DNA of 64,000 bases from an uncultured Acidobacteriota bacterium (GTDB taxonomy: Bacteria > Acidobacteriota > Thermoanaerobaculia > Multivoradales > UBA5704): positions 1,920,001 to 1,984,000 of the forward strand of contig CAVYRF010000001.1 of NCBI GenBank assembly GCA_963770895.1, read 5' to 3'. A program made the position numbers and the translations under genes. This document shows, piece by piece, positions 10,324 through 19,958 of the stretch; position 1 is the first letter of the stretch, and each line of letters starts with the position of its first letter. The notes below the pieces were generated by a model. It did not search any database and was not told the DNA's origin. It was given only the letters and a program-made list of their open reading frames with translations.

Positions 10324-10422
10324 GTAGTGCGGGGCACTGGGGTCCGGACGCCAGGGCGGTAAATTTTGTCCAAGCCGCGGCGCCGCGGCGGCGGGACAAT
10401 GGGGTCAGGAGGTCTTTCGACC

Positions 10423-10878
10423 ATGACCGCGATGACCGCAGACAGCTCGACCGACGAGCACACCGCCGCCGTCCCCACGCCCGCCTTCACCGTCACCCCC
10501 TACCTGAGCGTCGGCGACGCCGCCGGCGCGCTGGCATTCCTCAAGCAGGCCTTCGGCGCCAGGGAGGTCGACCGCTGGGTGGGCCCTGACGGCCGCATCG
10601 GCCACGCCGAGGTGCGGATCGGCAACCTGGCGTTGCGCCTTGCCGACGAATCCGCCAGGATGGCGACGATGGGGGTGCGCAGCCCGCGCCAGCTGGGCGG
10701 CACCTCGGTGCATTTTTTCATCGAGACGCCGGACGTCCAGGCGGTCGTGGCGCGGGCCACGGCGGCCGGCGCCCGCGTCGTCGAGCCGTTCGACCCGCAC
10801 CACGAGCGCGGGCCGCGCTGCCGGCTGGCCGATCCCTACGGCTTGCTGTGGACCGTCGTCACGGAATGCGCCGGCTGA
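10423..10878 (+). CDS. VOC/glyoxalase family protein (PhnB-like)
   Basis: AGGAGG RBS; VTPYLSV..ALAFLKQAFGA..HAEVRIG..LADE..DPYG..W pattern. Confidence 0.85.
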   Translation: MTAMTADSSTDEHTAAVPTPAFTVTPYLSVGDAAGALAFLKQAFGAREVDRWVGPDGRIGHAEVRIGNLALRLADESARMATMGVRSPRQLGGTSVHFFIETPDVQAVVARATAAGARVVEPFDPHHERGPRCRLADPYGLLWTVVTECAG

Positions 10879-10891
10879 CCGCGGCGGGCCG

Positions 10892-10927
10892 GCCGCCGGC
10901 GATCTTCCGCAGCGGACCGCCGGCGGC
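10892..10927. terminator. GC-rich hairpin between convergent genes
   Basis: gccgccggcg (10892-10901) pairs with cgccggcggc (10918-10927), inner tccgc/gcgga stem; no U-tract. Confidence 0.35.
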
Positions 10928-10944
10928 GCGGCCGTGGCAGGCGA

Positions 10945-11157
10945 TCAGCAGAGATTGGTGGTGCAGGTCCCCGCGCAGGTGAGACAGGTGTTGCGGTTGG
11001 GGCCGCTGTACTGGCAGACCGGCATGCAGGTGTAGCTGGCGCAGCCGTAGCAAGTGGAGTATTCGGTGGTTGCGCCGTTGACCGGCGTCAGCTCGGCGCG
11101 ATCCAGCTCGATCAGAGTTTCACGATGCAGGGTCAACCGCTTGTGCGTTTTCTTCAT
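10945..11157 (-). CDS. Cys/Thr-rich RiPP precursor peptide (lanthipeptide-like leader), 70 aa
   Basis: AAGGAGG RBS; leader MKKTHKRLTLHRETLIELDRAELTPVNGA; 41-aa core with 8 Cys and 12 Ser/Thr. Confidence 0.85.
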   Translation of the reverse strand: MKKTHKRLTLHRETLIELDRAELTPVNGATTEYSTCYGCASYTCMPVCQYSGPNRNTCLTCAGTCTTNLC

Positions 11158-11250
11158 GGGCTCCTCCTTGGGATGGAAGCGTGCACGGAACGCCCGTCGG
11201 CGGGGGCTCCCATTGAGTCCGCCAGGGCCGGAAGCGTCGCCGTGCGCGCT

Positions 11251-11263
11251 AATATAGTACTAT
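11251..11263. promoter_or_regulatory. Overlapping divergent -10 region with perfect palindrome ATAGTACTAT
   Basis: Only AT-rich patch in the 128-bp spacer; TATAGT/TACTAT on + and TACTAT/TATATT on -. Confidence 0.5.
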
Positions 11264-11285
11264 CGCGGTGACTGGAGGTGCGGCA

Positions 11286-12872
11286 GTGAGCGCAGAGCGA
11301 CCGAAACCCCGCCCCATCACCACCAAGCCGGAGCTCATCGCCGCGCTCAAGGAAGCGTCGGAGATCGAGCAGCAGCTGATGATCCAGTACCTGTACGCGG
11401 CGTTCTCGCTCAAGAAGCAGCCGGATGAGCGGTGCAGCGCGGCGCAGTACGAATTTGTGCGCCGGTGGGGCTCGACGATCCTGATGGTGGCGCGCTCCGA
11501 GATGGAGCACCTGGCGCTGGTCAACGGCCTGCTGACGGCGCTCGGCGAGCCGCCCTGGTTCAGCCGCGAGAACATCCCGCGCCAGTCGCCCTACCTGCTG
11601 AGCGCCAACATGGCGCCGTTCAAGGCGCCCGGCGGCCAGGTGACGCCGTGCGACATTCCGTTCGTCTTCGAGCGCTTCAACCTGGAGACCATCGGGCGGT
11701 TTGTCTGCGCCGAAAGCCCCAGCTATGAAACGCTGCAACAAAGCGGTCAGCCGATTCCCTGGTGGTGCTTCGGCACCGCGGAGCGGCCGTGCCAGAGCGC
11801 GGCGCCGCGCTCTGGCGCTCCCGCCGGTGCCGGCGCCGCCGGCGGCTATCCGCTCAGCCGCAGCCACCTGGCAAAGCTGCTGGCTGCCCGCGCCGCCGGC
11901 GGCGCCCCTGCTGCGGCCGCCGCGACAGCCGGCGGCGGTGGTACGCCGTCTGCGCACCCAACGGCGGCATCGCCCGCGCCGCAGGCCTCGGCCGTCGACA
12001 GCATCGCGCCCGGCACCATCCAGGAGCTGTACGACGAGATCCAGGCGGCCATCCACCGCCTGCCGGCGGCGGAGCTGTTCACCGGCGACCCCAGCCAGCA
12101 GGTGTTCGTGCCGATCGAATACCAGATCAACATCTTCCCGATCACCGACGTCGCCTCGGCCGACGTGGCGCTCAAGCTGATCGTCGAAGAGGGCGAAGGG
12201 ATCGACGCGCCGCCCGACTACCAGAGCCACTTCCGGCGCTTCTCCGACGTGCGCGCCGAAATGGTGGCGCTGCTCGCCGACGACCCGCGCTTCGAAGCCT
12301 CGCTGCCGCTGCCGTTCAACCCGCGCCGCGACGACATCACCAACCCCCTGGCGCGCGACCTGTTCGACCTGTTCAACTACACCTACACCACGCTGGTGTT
12401 TCTGTTGACCTCGCTCTACCGCAACTTCCAGCCCGCCGCCAGCCAGACCGGCTATCCGTACTTCAGCCTGGCGCTGCAAGAGGCGGCCTTCGGGCCGATG
12501 ATGACCATGCTGGTGCGCCCGCTGGCGGAGATCATGGCGTATACCAGGAGCGGCGACGGCGACGCCACCACCGGTCCCGACTACCACCTGTCGCCGTCCG
12601 ACCAGCAGCTGCTGGAGCAGCAGGGCGACTCGCTGCAGGACATCAATTTCTTCCTCGATCGCTTCGGCTGGATCATCGCCGCGCTCGAAAAGCTGGACCA
12701 CACGCGCGCCGCCGGAGGCTTCGCCGCGGCGGTGCGCGGTCCGGGCGATCTGCCGCTGGTCGACCGCCAGCTCCGTTTCGTCTACGAAAGCGCCACGGCG
12801 ATGCGCAACAATCTGCGCCGCATCTACCAGATCGGCGAGCTGCCGCAGTTCATCGTCGCGCCGTCTACCTGA
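11286..12872 (+). CDS. Ferritin-like domain protein (VioB/RebD C-terminal type)
   Basis: GGAGGTG RBS before GTG 11286; EIEQQLMIQYLYAAFSL, EMEHL, IVEEGEG, SHFRRF match this ferritin-like family. Confidence 0.8.
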   Translation: MSAERPKPRPITTKPELIAALKEASEIEQQLMIQYLYAAFSLKKQPDERCSAAQYEFVRRWGSTILMVARSEMEHLALVNGLLTALGEPPWFSRENIPRQSPYLLSANMAPFKAPGGQVTPCDIPFVFERFNLETIGRFVCAESPSYETLQQSGQPIPWWCFGTAERPCQSAAPRSGAPAGAGAAGGYPLSRSHLAKLLAARAAGGAPAAAAATAGGGGTPSAHPTAASPAPQASAVDSIAPGTIQELYDEIQAAIHRLPAAELFTGDPSQQVFVPIEYQINIFPITDVASADVALKLIVEEGEGIDAPPDYQSHFRRFSDVRAEMVALLADDPRFEASLPLPFNPRRDDITNPLARDLFDLFNYTYTTLVFLLTSLYRNFQPAASQTGYPYFSLALQEAAFGPMMTMLVRPLAEIMAYTRSGDGDATTGPDYHLSPSDQQLLEQQGDSLQDINFFLDRFGWIIAALEKLDHTRAAGGFAAAVRGPGDLPLVDRQLRFVYESATAMRNNLRRIYQIGELPQFIVAPST

Positions 12873-12913
12873 GCCGCGCCGGCTGCAGGCAGCGCCACCA
12901 GACAGGAGGGGCC

Positions 12914-13879
12914 GTGAAGTTCGCCAAGCTGCTTGAGATCCAATACCAGGGCTTCTTCTTCTGCCGCCTGGCAACCGACCCCGATCCCACCAACGAGCAG
13001 CGCGGCGTCAGCGGCTACACCATGGCGCTGGTGTACGAAGATCCGCTCGACCAGGTCATCCGCACGCAGATCGATCAGGATTTCGCGGTCCGCAACCTGC
13101 GCGAGCCGGTGCAGCTGCCGGGCGAACCGAACAATCCCAACCGCCCCATGAACCTCACGGTCGGTGTGGAGGTCGCCGGCGTCAGCTTCGACGGCAAGAC
13201 CTACCCGCCCGCGGCGCGCGCCCTGGCCGGCGCCAAGCTGTCGCTCAAGGGCAAGACGCCGCCCTTCGACGGCCCCATCTTCGACAGCCGCAACAACATC
13301 GTCGGCTCGGACGACAACATGATGTTCGTCGTCAATCCCTTCGAGCTGGAGATCAAGAGCGACCAGGTCACCATCGCAGCCACCGACTATCTCAATCCCG
13401 CCGATCCAGAGCAGCAGATCTGGCAGATCCAGGACCCCAGCACCTACAGCCGCCGCCTGCCGACCGCCTTCAGCGGCAGCTCCACCACCGCCATGGCGGC
13501 CATCCGCGTCTTCGACGGCTACGCCTACTTCCGCGACCGCCGCCGCTTCCTCGAGCAGCGCATCGCCGCCCTGCAAGCCCAGCGCGCCGCCGGCACCAGG
13601 AGCGCCGAGCAAGACGCCCAGATCGAAGCCCTGCGCACCCGCGTCTACCAGCTGGAATTCTGGGGCGACCGGGTGATCAGCAAGCTCGGCTTCCAGCTCA
13701 CCTACAGCTTCAACGTCAACGGCCCCCAAAGCATCACCGGCGCCGAGCACCTGGGCGGTGAAATCGACTGCCAGCAGCCCTGGCCCGTCACCTTCTGGTT
13801 CGGCAGCTGGGACGGCGACCTCCTCATCGGCTACATGCAAGGCACCCTGGGCATCCCCTTCCAGCCGACCCTGGGCTAG
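12914..13879 (+). CDS. Hypothetical protein co-oriented with the ferritin-like gene (321 aa)
   Basis: AGGAGG RBS, GTG start; MKFAKLLEIQYQGFFFCRLATDPDPTNEQRGVSGYTMAL...; strong coding-type codon bias. Confidence 0.75.
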   Translation: MKFAKLLEIQYQGFFFCRLATDPDPTNEQRGVSGYTMALVYEDPLDQVIRTQIDQDFAVRNLREPVQLPGEPNNPNRPMNLTVGVEVAGVSFDGKTYPPAARALAGAKLSLKGKTPPFDGPIFDSRNNIVGSDDNMMFVVNPFELEIKSDQVTIAATDYLNPADPEQQIWQIQDPSTYSRRLPTAFSGSSTTAMAAIRVFDGYAYFRDRRRFLEQRIAALQAQRAAGTRSAEQDAQIEALRTRVYQLEFWGDRVISKLGFQLTYSFNVNGPQSITGAEHLGGEIDCQQPWPVTFWFGSWDGDLLIGYMQGTLGIPFQPTLG

Positions 13880-14070
13880 CGGACGTCGCCAGCTAACTAC
13901 CTAGATGCAGGCCCAAAGAGACCGTGGCGACTTCGATCGCACCTTCTCTTACGCGAGACACGGCGCTGCGAATGGGCAGGGCTGGCGCCCTGCCGCACCG
14001 TTGACACGGTGCCGCTCGCATTGCGCCTCCAGGCTTGCAGATAATTCGCAGGGCATGGTAAAACCGGTCT

Positions 14071-14865
14071 ATGGCTGTGGAGAAGCGATCTTCTACCGAG
14101 AAGCGGCTGACCAGCATTCTTAGCGTTCTTCTCCTGGCCGGAGCCGTGGTCCTGATATGGGTCCTCGCGTGGCGATATCTCGCCATTTCGCCGGAACCTA
14201 TGGGTAGCGACCACAAAGCGCTCAGCGGAGTGGATCGGACCTCCATCGCCTTAAATGCATTATCCATCAGCTTGATTGTCATCACTGTGTTCATCGGCGG
14301 TTTGGCGGTTGTGGGTTGGGACAAGCTCGAAAAGATCATTCGACGCGATGTCGAAGAATCCATCAAAGATGACATTATTTCCCTGGAGACGCTTTTCGAG
14401 GGCCGCGTGATTTCGATGCTCGGCTTCGCGATAGGTGAACTGAGCACCGCGCCGGATGAGATGGATGCAACCAATCCGGGCCGGCTTTCGGAGGCCGTGG
14501 AGCACTGTCAGCGCGGCTACGAGTTACTTGAGAAAACGGGTCTGCGGCGCCCAATGCTGATGGGGCTCAACAACCTCGTGTACTACTCCTCGATCTATGG
14601 GGACAAGGCGAAAGGCCGGTATCTTCTTCAGAAGGCACTTATCCTGCGCGACGCCGGTTATGAGCTGAACCGGCCGAGACTGCTCCTCACCTACTGTCGG
14701 GCACTTCTCCGGTACGGAACAACGCTGCAACAACGCGAGGAAGTTCAGAGCATTGCGTCCGAGCTGCTCCATGGGACGCTCACAGATCAAGAAAAGACAG
14801 AGGCCAAGTTCTACCTTCAGCACTTGGCCTCTTTATCGCCTATAGTGCCTGACGCAGCAAAGTAG
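14071..14865 (+). CDS. Hypothetical two-TM membrane protein with helical C-terminal domain, atypical codon usage
   Basis: 264-aa ORF, two hydrophobic segments, visibly lower GC than flanks. Confidence 0.65.
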   Translation: MAVEKRSSTEKRLTSILSVLLLAGAVVLIWVLAWRYLAISPEPMGSDHKALSGVDRTSIALNALSISLIVITVFIGGLAVVGWDKLEKIIRRDVEESIKDDIISLETLFEGRVISMLGFAIGELSTAPDEMDATNPGRLSEAVEHCQRGYELLEKTGLRRPMLMGLNNLVYYSSIYGDKAKGRYLLQKALILRDAGYELNRPRLLLTYCRALLRYGTTLQQREEVQSIASELLHGTLTDQEKTEAKFYLQHLASLSPIVPDAAK

Positions 14866-16119
14866 CTGCTGTGTCAGTCACGCCAGGGTTGCTCTTACGC
14901 GACGGGATCGATGCCGCTGCCTCCCATGGGCTTACCTCCATTCTATAGAGCAGCTGTTTGGGACTCCTACATCAGCCCACGGGATCGACGGTGGAGCCAC
15001 CTTGGATAACGCTCGGCGTCACGCCATGCGGACTCGCCAGATGTGTCGAGAACTGCAGCGTGTGAATAAGAAACTCTAGGAATGCAAGCAAATTTGATCC
15101 CTCCTTGTCTGAAATAGGTGCCGTGTTCAGCACGGCGGTGTATCCCATGGGTACCAGACACCGAGGCACCCAAAATGTTGAGATTGTTGCCAGCCTGTAT
15201 CAGGTGCTTCGTATTGAGCCACTTGCATTTAGCTCTTATTCGGGTAACGGAGGGGAGAGATTCTGGTCGGAGGGAGAATCTGCGGGACGGTGGCTTCGCT
15301 ATTGTCTCAGGCCGCAGTAAGGCCTTGAGGGCTTGAGTTTCGCCCAAGTCTCGCCACTCGTTATGGTCATGCTTCGAAGATGCTAACCTGCGCCCATTGA
15401 GAATGTCAAGAAAAGTTGCCTCTTGAGGTGCCCTGACGCCGATAGGAGCAGGAAGAGGCCTCGTGCGCACTGGGAAGCGCAAGCTGAGCGTAATCGACCA
15501 AGCCTCACTTGGTCCACCAATTTTCCGTGCATTCTTCTCTGCGTTATTCTGCATTGCTTGAAGTATCCGCTGGCTACTCTGATGGTGCAAGCTGCCTCGC
15601 CCAGAGGGACAAAGCTCCGGGCTCCGCCGCCGCGGAGACGTCTGAATCTTGCCTTGACGGTGGGGGTGCAGTTCGGCTAACGTGTTGATTCTTCTGCAAG
15701 GAGATGCCTTTGACGACTGCCGCCGCTGCTTGGACCTGCCAGGGAAGGTGTGCCTTGGCTGGACTCGCCGGCGAGGTTGCTGATCCCGCTTCTGGCGCTG
15801 CCGACGTTGGCGGCGCCGGCGCGATCGGCGGCCGATAGCTCAGCCGGTTTTGCGCGCTCGGTCCGCGGGCCGAGGGTGCGCCGCGCGCCAGTTGGTCGGC
15901 GGCGGTCCGTGTCCTTCCAGCTCGACCTCCCTTTGCTTTCGACGTAGCCGGGCGGCGCCACGTGTGGTGGCGGCCGCGCGCCCGCCGCATGCGGCGGATG
16001 GGGGCCTGTGCCTGCTGGCTTTGGGCGGTGCGGGCGCCGAACGTCAAATCTCTGAGGAACCGCGGCGCCAGGCGCCGCGGCCGCGGCAGCGATGGATTGC
16101 CGCGGACAGGGAGATCGCG

Positions 16120-17256
16120 ATGGAGCTGAGCGAGCTGGGATGGGACTTGGAATGGGATGCAGCCTTCAGCGAATGCGTGGCCGCGCCGGCGCCACCGGCG
16201 CCGCGGTGCGTGCCGGCGCGGATTTGCGCCGAGAGCCGCGGGTTGTACCGGGTGCGCGGCGCAGCGGGGGAGTGGCAGGCCGAGATCGCCGGCCGGCTGC
16301 GCTTTGCGGCTACCGCGGGTGTGGGGCAGCAAGCCGCGGGCCGGCGACAGCCGGTGCAGCCGGCGCTGCCGGCGGTGGGCGATTGGGTGGCGGCGATGCC
16401 GCGCGGCGCCGGGCGGGCGACGATCGTGGCGGTGTTGCCGCGCCGCACGCAGCTGGTGCGCAAGGCGGCGGGGCCGGGCGTGGCGGCGCAGGTGCTGGCG
16501 GCCAATCTGGACACGGTGTTCGTGGTGGGCTCGCTCAACCAGGAGCTGAACCTGCGGCGCATCGAGCGCTACCTGGCGGTGGTCTGGGAGGGTGGGGCGC
16601 GGCCGGTCGTGCTGCTCAACAAGGCCGACCTGGATGCCGATCCGCAGGCCGCCTGCGCGCGGGTCGCGGCGGCGACGGCCGCGGGCGCGCCGGTGTGCGC
16701 GGTCAGCGCCGCGAGCGGGGCCGGCCTGGAGCGCCTCCACGCATGGCTGGGCCGCGGCCGCACCGCCGCCTTTGTCGGCTCCTCGGGGGTGGGCAAGAGC
16801 ACCCTGATCAACGCCCTGCTCGGCCAGCCGGAGCTGGCGACCGGCACCATCCGCGCCGGCGACGATCGCGGCCGCCACACCACCACGACGCGCCAGCTGC
16901 TGGTGCTGCCCGGCGGTGGCGTGCTGATCGACACCCCCGGCCTGCGCGAGCTGCAGCTGTGGGACGGCGAAGCGGGCCTGGCGCGCGCCTTTGGCGACGT
17001 CGCGGCGCTGGCTGACGGGTGCCGGTTTCGCGACTGCCGCCATCGCGGCGAGCCGGGGTGCGCCGTTGCCGGCGCGATCGCCAGCGGCGCTTTGCCGCGG
17101 GAGCGCTTGGACCATCACCGCAAGCTGGCGGCGGAGCTTGCCCATGTGGCGGCCCGCTCGGACGGCGCGGCGCAGCGCGACAGGAAGCAGCATGCCAAGC
17201 TCAGGTGCAAGGAGTACAGGCGCCTGGTCAGGGAGCGCCGTTCGTGGCGCGACTGA
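16120..17256 (+). CDS. rsgA: Ribosome small subunit-dependent GTPase A
   Basis: Circularly permuted GTPase motifs NKAD, GSSGVGKS, GRHTT, DTPG; zinc finger CRFRDCRHRGEPGC. Confidence 0.95.
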   Translation: MELSELGWDLEWDAAFSECVAAPAPPAPRCVPARICAESRGLYRVRGAAGEWQAEIAGRLRFAATAGVGQQAAGRRQPVQPALPAVGDWVAAMPRGAGRATIVAVLPRRTQLVRKAAGPGVAAQVLAANLDTVFVVGSLNQELNLRRIERYLAVVWEGGARPVVLLNKADLDADPQAACARVAAATAAGAPVCAVSAASGAGLERLHAWLGRGRTAAFVGSSGVGKSTLINALLGQPELATGTIRAGDDRGRHTTTTRQLLVLPGGGVLIDTPGLRELQLWDGEAGLARAFGDVAALADGCRFRDCRHRGEPGCAVAGAIASGALPRERLDHHRKLAAELAHVAARSDGAAQRDRKQHAKLRCKEYRRLVRERRSWRD

Positions 17257-17298
17257 CGCCGTCCCGGCCGCCGGTGCCGCGGGCGGGGTGCCCGCGCG

Positions 17299-17724
17299 CT
17301 ACGCGCCGGCGCCGGGGGCGTGCAGGCGGAGACCGGGGAAGAGGGGGGCGAAGTCGGCGCCGTTGCGGGTCAGCAGGCCGTGGAAACGGCAGGCGAAGGC
17401 GCCGATCAGGAGATCCGCCAGGGGGCGGCGCGCCACGACGCGGGCGCGCCGCCGATGGATGAAGCGATTCCAGGCGGCGTGAGCGCGCAGGGTGTCGGCT
17501 GCCGACCAGTCCTGGTGGAGCTCTACGCCGACGCCGCGCAGGAACTCATCCTGGAGGGCGGTGTCGCCGCGGAAGGCCGGCGCCAGCTCGACGTAGGTCA
17601 GGGGACAGACCACCAGGCCTTGCTCCAGGCAGGCGTCGACGGCGAGGGCCGAGGCGCGCCCGAAGCGTGGGTCGTCCTCGAGGATGTCGAGCAGCACGCA
17701 GGTGTCCACCACCCAGGCGCTCAC
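17299..17724 (-). CDS. PIN-domain (VapC-type) toxin
   Basis: GTGA overlap with antitoxin; VVDTCVLLD..YVEL..DLLIGAFA..LLTRN. Confidence 0.88.
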   Translation of the reverse strand: MSAWVVDTCVLLDILEDDPRFGRASALAVDACLEQGLVVCPLTYVELAPAFRGDTALQDEFLRGVGVELHQDWSAADTLRAHAAWNRFIHRRRARVVARRPLADLLIGAFACRFHGLLTRNGADFAPLFPGLRLHAPGAGA

Positions 17725-18002
17725 GGCTTGGCGGTGTCCTGCCGGTCCGTTTCGCCTTCGCGCAGCTCGGCCATCCAGTCCGCGGTGGAGCGGGTGGCGC
17801 GGAAGCGGCGCGCGAAGCCCAGCATGCGCACGCCGCCCTGCGCTTCGCCCTGCGGCAGCACGGTCACCCGCATCTCGCCGGCGCCGACTTTTTCCCATAA
17901 CAGCCGTTGTCCTTTTCGCAAAGCAAGCTCCTTTCGCAACTGGGCCGGAATCGAGATCTGGCCTCTATCTGTGATGACGGAAATGGGGGATGGTTTTGGC
18001 AT
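17721..18002 (-). CDS. AbrB/MazE/SpoVT-family antitoxin
   Basis: [19 protein letters not shown] swapped-hairpin motif directly upstream of PIN gene. Confidence 0.88.
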   Translation of the reverse strand: MPKPSPISVITDRGQISIPAQLRKELALRKGQRLLWEKVGAGEMRVTVLPQGEAQGGVRMLGFARRFRATRSTADWMAELREGETDRQDTAKP

Positions 18003-18076
18003 ACGACAATAATATCATGTATCGCCATCATGTACCACGTCTCGCTCCACGATCTCCGCGGCGTAGAATAGCCAGC

Positions 18077-19954
<1,878 letters not shown>

Positions 19955-19958
19955 GCCG

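Noticed and set aside
11286-13879. Violacein or indolocarbazole biosynthetic cluster
   Set aside because: No VioA/RebO-like oxidase, VioE or flavin monooxygenases nearby; only the ferritin-like domain matches
14967-15590. 207-aa minus-strand ORF in the low-GC islet
   Set aside because: No RBS, motif or protein-like composition recognisable; not called as CDS
13890-15681. GCTAAC and GTTCGGC words suggesting integron attC sites
   Set aside because: No properly paired R''/R' boxes with an intervening palindrome and no integrase
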